From an uncultured Verrucomicrobiae bacterium (GTDB taxonomy: Bacteria > Verrucomicrobiota > Verrucomicrobiia > Chthoniobacterales > UBA10450): 64,000 bases of DNA. Positions 1 to 9,568 of the stretch are shown one piece after another. The notes under the pieces were generated by a model. It worked only from the letters and a program-made list of their open reading frames with translations, was not told where the DNA came from and did no database searches. The DNA is taken from the NCBI GenBank assembly GCA_963726745.1, contig CAVSDR010000006.1:64001-128000 (forward strand). The letters run 5' to 3'. Position numbers and translations under genes: made by a program. The stretch's first letter is position 1, and each line of letters begins with the position of its first letter.

Positions 1-650
1 TGCGCCTCGAGGTAGGGAATGATCTCGCGCCGCAGGCGGTTGCGCCGCGGGAGCAAGCTTTCGTTAGACCGATCCTCGCGGAACCGCAGCCCGTGCGCCG
101 CGATGTAGGCGTCGATCTCACTCCGCCAGGTCCCGAGCAGCGGCCGCACGATTTCCAGGGTTTGGCGGCCGACCTTCTGCCGCGCGACCGCGCGCATCCC
201 CCCGAGGCCCAGCGGACCGGCGCCGCGCAGGAGATTCATCAGGAAAGTCTCCGCGAGGTCGTCCGCGTGATGCGCCAGGAAAATTAGCCGGCACTTTCTC
301 CTGCGCGCTACTTCCGCAAAAAACTCCTGCCGCGCCCCGCGCGCCGCGGTTTCCAGCGATTCCTTCCGCTCCGCGGCCCGTGCCCGCACGTCGATTGTGG
401 CCGATTCGAACTCGCAGCCAAACTGAGCGGCCAGGCGCCCGACGAAACGCGCATCCGCCGCTGCGCTGCGGCCCCGCAGCCGATGATCGAGGTGGCAGAC
501 GACAAGCTTGCCGTAACCGCGCGCGCGCAGCGCATGGAGCAGCGCCACGGAATCGCGCCCGCCGGAGACCCCGATGAGATACCGGCGCGCCGGCGGGTAT
601 TCCGCGAGGATCGACGGCTCGCGCAGCAGCGGCGCATCCGGGGGCAACAT
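1..650 (-). CDS. tilS: tRNA(Ile)-lysidine synthetase, N-terminal part (runs off the window start)
   Basis: Manual translation of the minus strand from ATG 650: MLPPDAPLLREPSILAEYPPARRYLIGVSGGRDSVALL...LETAAR..R...LAHHADDLAETFLMNLLRGAG; PP-loop SGGxDS and HHxDD motifs. Not in the ORF track because it has no stop in the window. Confidence 0.93.
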   Translation of the reverse strand, partial: MLPPDAPLLREPSILAEYPPARRYLIGVSGGRDSVALLHALRARGYGKLVVCHLDHRLRGRSAAADARFVGRLAAQFGCEFESATIDVRARAAERKESLETAARGARQEFFAEVARRRKCRLIFLAHHADDLAETFLMNLLRGAGPLGLGGMRAVARQKVGRQTLEIVRPLLGTWRSEIDAYIAAHGLRFREDRSNESLLPRRNRLRREIIPYLEA

Positions 651-707
651 CGGAGCAGCAGGCCATCGCGCTTCCGCAGCGTCAAGCCACACGCGGCAAG
701 ATGTTGG

Positions 708-732
708 TTGACAATGAATGAACGTTCATTCA
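708..732 (+). promoter_or_regulatory. -35 element TTGACA followed by a perfect 18-bp palindrome TGAATGAACGTTCATTCA (probable TetR operator)
   Basis: TTGACA at 708-713, palindrome at 715-732, 14 nt upstream of the TetR-family ATG at 747. Confidence 0.8.
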
Positions 733-746
733 CTTACCCCTCCCCC

Positions 747-1367
747 ATGCCCGCGACCGCTGAACTTTCCACCGACCGTCGCGCGCAAATTCTCGCCGCG
801 GCCATGAAATGCTTTTCCCTGCGCGGCTTTCACCAGACGAGCATGCTCGACCTGAGCGCCGAGGCCGGGATCAGCGTCGGCCTGATCTATCGCTACTTCG
901 CGAGCAAGGAAGCCGTCATCGCCGCGATGGCGGAGGAGCACAAACGCGAGTTCGAGGAGTTGTTCGAGCGCGCCCAGACCGCGCCCACGGTGCTCGATTC
1001 GCTGGAAATTCTGCTCACCTCGCATTGCACCAAGGGCACCCCGCAAATGCACGCCGCTTTCGTGATCGACCTTTTCGCCGAAGCCGGGCGCAATCCGGCG
1101 ATCGCCGCTTCCGTGGGCGGAGTCCTCGAGACGCTCCGCCGCGGGATGACCGGGCTGGTCAGTCGCGTGCCGGAAATGCGCACTGCCGCCCACGGCCTGG
1201 AGCCGTCGGAAATTGCCGACCTCATCCTCGCGACCGCGCGCGGCTCGATGATGCGCGACGTGCTCGAGCGGCAAAACATCACGCTCGAAGAATGCCGGCA
1301 CCGGCAGCTGCGCGTCGTGCGCCATCTCTGGACGCTCCTCGCCCCGCCGCAGCCGGCTTTCGCCTAA
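747..1367 (+). CDS. TetR/AcrR family transcriptional regulator
   Basis: N-terminal HTH RRAQILAAAMKCFSLRGFHQTSMLDLSAEAGISVGLIYRYFASKE; first gene of an RND operon; start chosen at ATG 747. Confidence 0.93.
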   Translation: MPATAELSTDRRAQILAAAMKCFSLRGFHQTSMLDLSAEAGISVGLIYRYFASKEAVIAAMAEEHKREFEELFERAQTAPTVLDSLEILLTSHCTKGTPQMHAAFVIDLFAEAGRNPAIAASVGGVLETLRRGMTGLVSRVPEMRTAAHGLEPSEIADLILATARGSMMRDVLERQNITLEECRHRQLRVVRHLWTLLAPPQPAFA

Positions 1368-1381
1368 CGAATCTTTTTTTT

Positions 1382-2565
1382 ATGCACGCCACCGCTTCCC
1401 CCGCCACTGACCTCCGCTCGCGCTCCGCGAAATGGACCGTGTTCAAGGTCGTGCTCGGGCTCCTCGCCATCTTCCTCCTCATCGCCGGGATCAAGGCCTC
1501 GCAAATCATGGCCATGATCAAAGGCGGCAAAGCCATGCAAGGCGATCGATGCCGCCGACCACGGTCACGAGCGCGACGGTCATGCAGGGCGATTGGGCGC
1601 CGATGTTGACCGCCGTCGGCTCGATCGCGCCGGTGCAGGGCGCCACGATCAGCGCGGAGCTTCCCGGGATGGTCAGCGAAATCTTGTTTGAATCGGGACG
1701 GCCGGTGAAGAAAGGCGACCTCCTGGTGAAGCTGGACGCGTCGGCCGAGCAGGCGCAATTGCGCTCCGCGCAGGCCGACCTCGACCTGGCCAAGGCCGAC
1801 TTTGAGCGCGCTCGCGGCCTGAGCGAGGGCCGGGTGATCTCGAAAGCGGAATTCGATGCGGCCGCGGCGAAACTTTCTCAGCGCCAGGCGGCGCTCGACA
1901 ACATCCAGTCGGTGATCAACAAAAAGGAAATTCGCGCGCCCTTCGACGGCATCGCCGGCATTCGCGAGGTGAATCCCGGCCAGATGGTGCCCGCCGGGCA
2001 AAAGATCGTCACGCTGCAAGCGCTCGACCAGGTCTTCGCGGACTTCGCCTTGCCGCAGCAGGATCTCGGTTCCGTGCAGCCCGGCCTGCCAGTCGTGGTT
2101 ACGACCGATGCGATCGAAGGCCGGGAATTTAACGGCAAGATCAGCGCGATTAACTCCGCGATCGACACGGCCACGCGCACCGTGCCGGTGCAGGCGCTGC
2201 TCGACAATGCCGACCACGCGCTCCGCGCGGGCATGTTCGCGCGCGTGCGCGTCGTCTTGCCGCAAAAGGCGCCCACGCTCTTCATCCCGCAGACTGCGGT
2301 GGCCTACGCGCCCTACGGCAACTCCGTTTACGTGATTGAAAAAAAGGCGGACGAAAAGACGGGCAAGGAAGCGCTCACGATCCGCCAGCAATTTATCCGC
2401 ACCGGCGAAACGCGCGGCGATTTTGTAGCCGTGACCGAAGGCTTGAAGGAAGGCGACCAGGTCGTGAGCACCGGCGTCTTCAAGCTCCGCAATGGCGCCG
2501 CCGTCGCGATCGACAACAAGCTTGCGCCGGAGAACAACCTCGCGCCGAAGCCGCCGAATACCTGA
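1382..2565 (+). CDS. RND efflux membrane fusion protein (frameshift near 1540)
   Basis: N-terminal TM segment in one frame (MHATAS...LLAIFLLIAGIK), lipoyl/hairpin MFP body (GATISAELPGMV..., IRAPFDG, LRAGMF) in ORF 1432..2565. Confidence 0.9.
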
Positions 2566-2568
2566 AGC

Positions 2569-5500
2569 GTGAAGACGTTTACCGATCTCTTCATTCGCCG
2601 GCCGGTGCTCGCACTGGTCGTTAGTCTGGTGATCATCATCGCCGGGGTGCAGGCGCTTTCCTCCCTCAACGTCCGGCAGTATCCGCGCAGCGACATCGCC
2701 TCGGTCACGGTTACGACCGCCTACGTCGGCGCGAGCGCGGAACTGGTGCGCGGCTTCATCACCACCCCGCTGGAGCGCGCGATCGCGGCCGCGGATGGAA
2801 TCGATTACCTCTCGTCGCAAAGCTCGCAGAGCGTCTCCACGATCACCGCGCGGCTGAAGCTGAATTACGATTCCAACAAAGCGCTGGCTGAGATCAGCTC
2901 GAAGGTAAACCAGGTCCGCGGCGATCTCCCGCCGGAAGCCGAGATCCCGGTGATCAACATCGAGTCGTCGGATTCGCAGTTCGCCTCCGCTTATCTCAGC
3001 TTCACCTCCGATCTGCTGCAGGCGAACGAGATCACCGATTACCTCAACCGCATCGTCCAGCCGCGCCTGACTGCGATCGCGGGCGTGCAACGCGCGGAAA
3101 TCCTCGGCGGCCGCACTTTCGCGATGCGCATTTGGCTCAAGCCCGACCGCATGGCGGCGCTCAACGTCAGCCCGGCGCAGGTGCGCAAAGCGCTGGGAAA
3201 TAATAATTACCTTGCCGCCCTCGGCCGCACCAAGGGCGCGCTGGTGCAGGTTGACCTCACGGCCAACACCGACCTGCACACGGTCGAGGATTTCAAGAAT
3301 CTCGTCGTGCGCGAGGAAGCCGGCGCGCTCGTCCGCATCGGCGACATCGCCGACGTCGTCCTGGGCGCGGAGGATTACAACTCCGAGGTCCGCTTCTCCG
3401 GGCAGCGCGCGGTCTTCATGGGCATCTTCGTGCTCCCGAATGCGAACGCGATCGACGTGGTCGCCCGCGTGCGCACGGAAATGGAGCAGATTCAGAAGGA
3501 ACTGCCGACCGGCATGAACGGCCGCATCGCCTACGACGGCACGGCCTACATCAACACCGCGATCAAGGACGTCTACCAGACGCTCGGCGAAACCTTGCTC
3601 ATCGTCTGCGTGGTCATCTTCCTCTTCCTGGGCTCATGGCGCTCCGCGATCATCCCGGTAATCGCGATTCCAATCTCGCTCATCGGCGCGGTTTTCCTGA
3701 TGCAGGTCTTCGGGTTCACGATCAATCTGCTCACGCTCCTCGCGGTCGTGCTCTCGGTCGGTCTGGTGGTCGATGACGCCATCGTCGTGGTGGAAAATGT
3801 CGAGCGCCATCTGCGCGATGGCTTGAGCTCGATCAACGCCGCTCTACTCGGCGCGCGCGAGCTCGTCGGACCGATCATTGCGATGACGATCACCCTCGCC
3901 GCGGTCTACGTGCCGATCGGGATCCAGGGCGGATTAACCGGCACTTTGTTCCGCGAATTTGCCTTTACCCTCGCCGGCGCGGTGACCATTTCCGGCGTGG
4001 TTGCGCTTACGCTTTCGCCGGTGATGACGGCAAAATTCCTCCGCCCAGGCGACGCCGAGCGCGGCTTCGCCCTGCGCGTAAATCGCGTCTTCGATCGCGT
4101 GCGCGATTGGTATGGCCGCAAGGTCGACGCCACCCTGCGTGTGCGGCCGGCGGTCTATACCGCGTGGATCGGGCTCTCGCTCATCGCGGTGATCATGTTC
4201 CTCCTCATGCCGAGCTTTGCTTCCAAAGAGCTCGCGCCCACCGAGGATCAGGGCGTCATTTTCGGCATCGTTCAAGCCTCCTCGAACGCCACGATCGAGC
4301 AGACTGCGGCGTTTGCGGATGCGGCCAATTCCGTTTTCCAGAGTTTCCCGGAGACCGCTTTCACTTTTCAAATCACCAGCCCGAGCGGTGGATTTGGCGG
4401 CATGGTCTTGAAACCATGGGACCAACGCAACCGCACCGCCTTCGAACTCCGGCCGCTGGTGCAGCAAAAACTCGGCAGCATCCCGGGGATCGAACTTTTC
4501 CCGATCATGCCTCCCGCTCTTCCCGGCGGCGGCAACTTTGGCGTCGAGTTCGTTATCCTCTCAACCGAGGAACCGGAGCGGATGGTCGAGCTCGCAAAGA
4601 AGCTCGAGGAAAAAGCGATGCAGGCCGGATTCTTCTTCACCACCATCGACACCAAGATCGACCAGCCCCAGGCCGAGGTGGTGATCGACCACGACAAGGT
4701 CGCCGCGCTTGGGCTCAACCTGCAGCAAATCGGCGCCGACATCTCCGCGATGTTTGGCGGCAATTTCGTTAACCGCTTCAACATTTCCGGCCGGGCCTAC
4801 AAGGTCATCCCGCAGGTCGAGCGAATCGAGCGCTTGAACCCCGATCAGCTCAAGGACATCTACGTCACCGGACCGAACGATCAGCTCATCCCCTTGAGCA
4901 CCGTCGCGAAGATCGAGAAGAAAACCGTCCCGCGTTCCCTTAGCCGCTTCAAGCAACTCAACGCGGTTACGATCAGCGGCGCCTCGCGCCTTCCGCTCGA
5001 CCAGGCGCTCAAGCTTTTCGAGGACGAAGCCGCGCGCATTTTGCCGAAGGGTTACTCGATTGATTACAAAGGCGAATCCCGCCAGCTCCGCGTCGAGGGC
5101 GACAAGTTCCTGCCCGCTTTCGGCCTCGCGGTCGTGCTGATTTTCCTCGTGCTCGCGGCGCAGTTTAACAGCTTCCGCGATCCGCTCATCATCCTTGCCG
5201 GCTCGGTCCCGCTGGCGCTCTTCGGCGCGATGATTTTCATGTTCCTGAAGCTGCCCAACCCGAACATGAAGTTTTTTACCGACAGCTTCACCACCACCTT
5301 CAACATCTACTCGCAGGTCGGCCTGGTCACCCTCGTCGGCCTGATCTCGAAGAACGCGATCTTGATCGTGGAATTTGCCAACCACTTGCAGGAGCAGGGT
5401 CGCACCAAGATCCAGGCGGTCGCCGAAGCTTCGCGCATTCGCTTGCGGCCGGTGCTCATGACCACCATCGCGACCGTCGCCGGTCACATGCCGTTGGTCT

Positions 5501-5724
5501 TCGTCACCGGCGCAGGCGCGAAGGCGCGTAATTCGATAGGCTTGGTTTTGGTCGGCGGCATGACCATCGGCACGCTCTTCACCCTCTTTATCGTCCCCTC
5601 GCTTTACGTCCTGATCGCGAAACAGCATCAAGCTGACGAACTCGGGACCGATCTCGATGGCGATAATGTAGGCGATGCGCAATCGCTCCCGGAATTCGCC
5701 CTGGCGAACAACGGCCGCGCCTAA
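2569..5724 (+). CDS. RND efflux permease subunit (MexW/MexI-like)
   Basis: 1051 aa; FIRRPVLA start, GLVVDDAIVVVEN, KNAILIVEFAN, RLRPVLMTT motifs. Confidence 0.96.
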   Translation: MKTFTDLFIRRPVLALVVSLVIIIAGVQALSSLNVRQYPRSDIASVTVTTAYVGASAELVRGFITTPLERAIAAADGIDYLSSQSSQSVSTITARLKLNYDSNKALAEISSKVNQVRGDLPPEAEIPVINIESSDSQFASAYLSFTSDLLQANEITDYLNRIVQPRLTAIAGVQRAEILGGRTFAMRIWLKPDRMAALNVSPAQVRKALGNNNYLAALGRTKGALVQVDLTANTDLHTVEDFKNLVVREEAGALVRIGDIADVVLGAEDYNSEVRFSGQRAVFMGIFVLPNANAIDVVARVRTEMEQIQKELPTGMNGRIAYDGTAYINTAIKDVYQTLGETLLIVCVVIFLFLGSWRSAIIPVIAIPISLIGAVFLMQVFGFTINLLTLLAVVLSVGLVVDDAIVVVENVERHLRDGLSSINAALLGARELVGPIIAMTITLAAVYVPIGIQGGLTGTLFREFAFTLAGAVTISGVVALTLSPVMTAKFLRPGDAERGFALRVNRVFDRVRDWYGRKVDATLRVRPAVYTAWIGLSLIAVIMFLLMPSFASKELAPTEDQGVIFGIVQASSNATIEQTAAFADAANSVFQSFPETAFTFQITSPSGGFGGMVLKPWDQRNRTAFELRPLVQQKLGSIPGIELFPIMPPALPGGGNFGVEFVILSTEEPERMVELAKKLEEKAMQAGFFFTTIDTKIDQPQAEVVIDHDKVAALGLNLQQIGADISAMFGGNFVNRFNISGRAYKVIPQVERIERLNPDQLKDIYVTGPNDQLIPLSTVAKIEKKTVPRSLSRFKQLNAVTISGASRLPLDQALKLFEDEAARILPKGYSIDYKGESRQLRVEGDKFLPAFGLAVVLIFLVLAAQFNSFRDPLIILAGSVPLALFGAMIFMFLKLPNPNMKFFTDSFTTTFNIYSQVGLVTLVGLISKNAILIVEFANHLQEQGRTKIQAVAEASRIRLRPVLMTTIATVAGHMPLVFVTGAGAKARNSIGLVLVGGMTIGTLFTLFIVPSLYVLIAKQHQADELGTDLDGDNVGDAQSLPEFALANNGRA

Positions 5725-6677
5725 CGAGTCCTTCCCGCGGGCAGTTCCACTTCCGTCCGCTTTACCGCGATCGCGTGTGAGCTCGGCTTTCCGCCAGCGC
5801 CGAAACGGTTCGCGTAAACCTGGGTAAACTCCGCGCCGAAGAGCAGGATCTGCGACGAGTAGTAGATCCAAAGCAAGAGCGTCACCAACGAGCTCGCCGC
5901 GCCGTAAGCCGAGCCGGCGGCGCCGCTCCCGAGATAGAGCCCGAGGGCCCACTTGCCCACGAGGAAGAGCAGCGCCGTCATCGTTGCGCCCACGATCACA
6001 TCCCGCCAGCGCACTTCCACATCGGGCAGATATTTGAACATCGCCGCGAAAAGGAAGACCACGATCCCGAGGTCAACCAGCAGGTAGATCGAGAGCGTGA
6101 CGACCACACCGCCGGGAAAGGTTTGCTCGAGGTAATGGCTCAAGCCCTTTAAGACCGCTTCAATAACCAGCGAGATCAGGAGGAGAAAACAAACGCCCGC
6201 GACCATCGCAAACGAGAGAAAGCGCCCCCGCAAAAAGGTCCCGAGCGCGCCGCCCGGCTTCGCTTTCACGCCCCAGATGGTGTTCAGCGCTTCTTGCAAT
6301 TGCCCGAAGACGCCGCTCGCGCCGAAGAGCGCCAGCGCGATCCCGATGATCGTGGCCCATCTTCCGCTGGCCGGTTTTGCGGCCGTGGCTGCGATGTCCT
6401 GGATCACCTTCACCCCGCTCGGATCGAGCACATTTCGCATCTGCTCCGTGATCCGCTCCCACGCGCCCGCGGGATCGTTCCGGAAGACCAGGCCCACGAT
6501 CGCGAGCAACACCAGGATCAGCGGCGCGAGCGAGAAGACGCTGTAGTAGGCCAGGGCCGCGCCGAGTTGCGGGGCTTTATCCTCGAGCCATTCGTTAAAG
6601 GTCTGCCGCAGCATGCTCCAGAGATGGCGCGGGCTGATCGTGCTCAAGAAGGAAGGCTCGGGTTTCGTTGGGTTCAC
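5721..6677 (-). CDS. YihY/virulence factor BrkB family membrane protein
   Basis: GAALAYYSVFSLAP, LQEALNTIW, YGAASSLVTLLLWIYYSSQILLFGAE motifs. Confidence 0.92.
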   Translation of the reverse strand: MNPTKPEPSFLSTISPRHLWSMLRQTFNEWLEDKAPQLGAALAYYSVFSLAPLILVLLAIVGLVFRNDPAGAWERITEQMRNVLDPSGVKVIQDIAATAAKPASGRWATIIGIALALFGASGVFGQLQEALNTIWGVKAKPGGALGTFLRGRFLSFAMVAGVCFLLLISLVIEAVLKGLSHYLEQTFPGGVVVTLSIYLLVDLGIVVFLFAAMFKYLPDVEVRWRDVIVGATMTALLFLVGKWALGLYLGSGAAGSAYGAASSLVTLLLWIYYSSQILLFGAEFTQVYANRFGAGGKPSSHAIAVKRTEVELPAGRTR

Positions 6678-6753
6678 TTCTTTGATTCGTCCGCGCGCGC
6701 GCCGGAGGATGCGGAATGCACCCGCCGGGGTGGTCCGGGACGTTTCTCCACAC

Positions 6754-6985
6754 GTGGAATGGATCGAACACCTGCAATGGCCCGCGATGGCCGCGACTTT
6801 ACTCTCCGCCTGGCTCGTCGCCTCGCAGTCGAAAACGAAGCGGCGCTGGGGCTTCTGGATCTTTTCTGTTGAGCAATGCGCTTTGGGTTGCCTGGGGCCT
6901 GCACGATCACGCCTACGCGCTCATCGTCCTCCAGGTCGGCCTCGCCTTCCTTAACATCCGCGGCGTCGCGAAGAACGAGACCTAA
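6754..6985 (+). CDS. small hydrophobic membrane protein (frameshift near 6865)
   Basis: Joining two frames gives MEWIEHLQWPAMAATLLSAWLVASQSKTKRRWGFWIF/LLSNALWVAWGLHDHAYALIVLQVGLAFLNIRGVAKNET with about 3 TM segments. Confidence 0.65.
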
Positions 6986-8100
6986 CCGCGCGCGTAGATC
7001 GCCTCGTAAAGCGGCACAATTCGCTCCGCGGAAAAATGTGCCGCCGCGTGCGCCTGCCCCGCAGCGCCCATCGCCCGCGCGCGCTCTGGGGAATTAGCCA
7101 GCAAGCTCAGCGAGCGCGCCATCGGCTCGATGTCGCCTAACGAATGCAGGAAGCCGGTCGTCCCGTCCTGCATCACCTCGGGAATGCCGCCGACACGGAA
7201 GGCCACCACCGGCTTCGCGTAAAACATCGTCTCCAGGATACTCAAGCCAAAGCTCTCGCTCTCCGAGGTGTAAAGCCCGGCATCCGCGGCCGCGAGATAC
7301 TCTTCCACTTCCAGCACATTCTCCCGCACCAACAACGCCGCGCGCAGCCCCAACTCGTCGGCTAACGACTGGTAGGGCGCGAAGGAACCGCCCGCGAGAA
7401 CGAGCAGCCGCATCGGCGTTTCCTGCCGGGCCGCGGCGAAGACGCGCAGGAGCAGATCGATACGCTTCGGCGCCCGCAAATTGGAAACGTGCGTGACCAG
7501 GAATTCCCCTGGCCCGACACCCAACTCCGCGCGGACCGCGGCCGCGCTCCGGCGCGGCACCGTCGGCACGAAGAAATTCGGGATTACCTCCACCGGTTTC
7601 TGGAGGTCGAATGTGGTCAGCGTTTCCCTCCGCAAATCTTCCGAGACGGTCGTGATCGTGTCCGATTCCGTGAGCGCGTGCTCGATCGCCTCGCGATAAC
7701 TCGGGTCCTGCCCCAGCAGTGTCGTGTCCGTGCCGTGAAGGGTGGTCACGATCCGCGGCCGCTTCGCCGAATGCCGCGCCAGCATCTCGCGCGCAAGGTA
7801 GGCCGCGGTCGCATGCGGCACCGCGTAGTGCGCATGGAAAACATCCAGCCCTTTCTCCCGCGCCACGTGCGCCATCTTCACCGCCAGCGGCAGGGTGTAA
7901 TCGGGATAACGAAAGAGGCTGTACTCATTCACCGTCACCTCATGGAACGAGATCCCCGGCAGCGAGAGATCCAGCCGCACCGGCTTGGACGAGCTGAAGA
8001 AATCCACCTCATGCCCGCGGCGCGCGAGCTCATGCCCCAGCGCCGTCGCCAGGATCCCGCTCCCGCCGATCAGCGGATAACACACGATCCCGATCTTCAT
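6982..8100 (-). CDS. bshA: N-acetyl-alpha-D-glucosaminyl L-malate synthase (GT4)
   Basis: MKIGIVCYPLIGGSG start, HAHYAVPHA, TTLHGTD, HVSNLR..KR and ESFG motifs typical of BshA; directly downstream of a BshB-like gene. Confidence 0.88.
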   Translation of the reverse strand: MKIGIVCYPLIGGSGILATALGHELARRGHEVDFFSSSKPVRLDLSLPGISFHEVTVNEYSLFRYPDYTLPLAVKMAHVAREKGLDVFHAHYAVPHATAAYLAREMLARHSAKRPRIVTTLHGTDTTLLGQDPSYREAIEHALTESDTITTVSEDLRRETLTTFDLQKPVEVIPNFFVPTVPRRSAAAVRAELGVGPGEFLVTHVSNLRAPKRIDLLLRVFAAARQETPMRLLVLAGGSFAPYQSLADELGLRAALLVRENVLEVEEYLAAADAGLYTSESESFGLSILETMFYAKPVVAFRVGGIPEVMQDGTTGFLHSLGDIEPMARSLSLLANSPERARAMGAAGQAHAAAHFSAERIVPLYEAIYARG

Positions 8101-8813
8101 CAGTAGAGCCGCACCGTTGCGGGAATCTGCCCGAGATCGGCCACGAGAAAGTCTTCCGCGAGGAAGAGCGCCTGCGCGTATTCCACCCCTGCTTCCGCGC
8201 CGAGTAAACGCGCCCGCGCGGTCTGCAGCTCCACGTAAGCGCGGGTGCGTAACTGCGTCTGGTGGCACTCCATCAATTCGACCCACTTCTCGAAATGCTG
8301 GCTGATGTCCACCCGCACGCGCGCCCCGTCCCGCGGCTCGGCCGACGGCGTGACCGCATACTGAAAATGCTGGCTAATTCCGTGCGGTTCCAGCTCGCGC
8401 AATTCCGCCACGCCGCCGTAACGCGCCAGCCGCGCTGCGTCCCGCGCCAGCGCGCCGACCACTCGATGATCCGGGTGCTGCGCCACCGTGGTCACCGAGC
8501 TGAGCAAGATCTCCGGACGCGCCTGGCGAATCTCGCGCGCCAACCGCAAAGCATTCGCCGCGGTCGTCTCCATTTGCGCATCGCCGCCCAGATCGAGGAA
8601 GCGCATCTCCGCGCCTAACAAGTCCGCCGCCCGCCGCGCCTCCGCCTCCCGCTCGTCCGGCGTCCCGTTGCTCCCCGCTTCCCCGCGCGAGCAGAGACAG
8701 AGCGTGATCACCGTGCCGCGCGCCGCTTCCGCGAGCAGGATGCCGCCGCAAGCAAACTCGAGATCGTCGGGATGCGCGCCAATGGCGAGGAGGCGTTCAG
8801 GTTTCCGGGACAT
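8100..8813 (-). CDS. bshB1: PIG-L family deacetylase, BshB1-like
   Basis: GAHPDDLE, RGEAGSNGT..ER..EA and HPDH motifs; overlaps the bshA start by 1 nt. Confidence 0.8.
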   Translation of the reverse strand: MSRKPERLLAIGAHPDDLEFACGGILLAEAARGTVITLCLCSRGEAGSNGTPDEREAEARRAADLLGAEMRFLDLGGDAQMETTAANALRLAREIRQARPEILLSSVTTVAQHPDHRVVGALARDAARLARYGGVAELRELEPHGISQHFQYAVTPSAEPRDGARVRVDISQHFEKWVELMECHQTQLRTRAYVELQTARARLLGAEAGVEYAQALFLAEDFLVADLGQIPATVRLY

Positions 8814-9568
8814 AGGCGTGGTCGGACTCGTCGATGGAATCGCGCGGGACAAAGGTCACTTCCGGCGTTTCCTCCTGCCGGAGATACTGCATCTCGCCGG
8901 CACCCGCGATGTAATGCGTGCAGTGCACCACCGATTGCATCCAGCGCAGCCGCGTGTCGCGCGTGGGACTGACTTGCGCGCGCGTGAACTCCGCCAACGG
9001 CAACTGCAGGTAAGCGCCGCCGCCCTTGTGCAACCGAAGCGCATCCGGCGCGTGCCGCGCGCGCACGAGCTCGCCCTCGTGCTGGACATCGACAAAATAG
9101 TCGTCCACTTCACAGGCGGCGGCGCGCACTTCCGGATCGCCCGAGCGCAGCACGCGCATCCCCTCGAGCAATCCGAGTCTGCGATACATCTCCAGGCAAA
9201 AATCGGCCACATTCTCCGCCGCCACCGCCTCGAAGTGCGCGAGCAGTTCCGGCCCGACGCATTGCGCCAACTGCGCCCCGAGTTTGCGTTTCGCCTCCGG
9301 CAGCACCCGCTTCGCAAAGAGCGGTGAGAATTGTTTCTGCAGCCGGTTAGCGAAGGTGAAGTTTAGCCGGCGAATCGTCCCGCCCGCGCGCTCGCGCAGG
9401 ATGGTGACCGTCTCGCGCGGGTCGTGGTCGCTGTCGTGGTAAAAGAAGACGATCTCGCCGCCTATTTCCCGCTGAAGCCGGCGGGCGGTTTCCATTTTCG
9501 CGAAAAGAAACCGGCGCGGGAAAATCCCGCACGGTTGCTGCCCGAAGCAGATGATTGGCGAGGCGCAT
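8797..9568 (-). CDS. short BshC-like protein (about 255 aa; probable frameshift just after the ATG at 9568)
   Basis: The frame upstream of ORF 8797..9495 reads SPIICFGQQPCGIFPRRFLFAKMETARRL...VFFYHDSDHD...HYIAGAGEMQYL, matching BshC-type GQQ, xDHD and YxxGxGExxY motifs; operon context with bshA/bshB. Confidence 0.6.
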
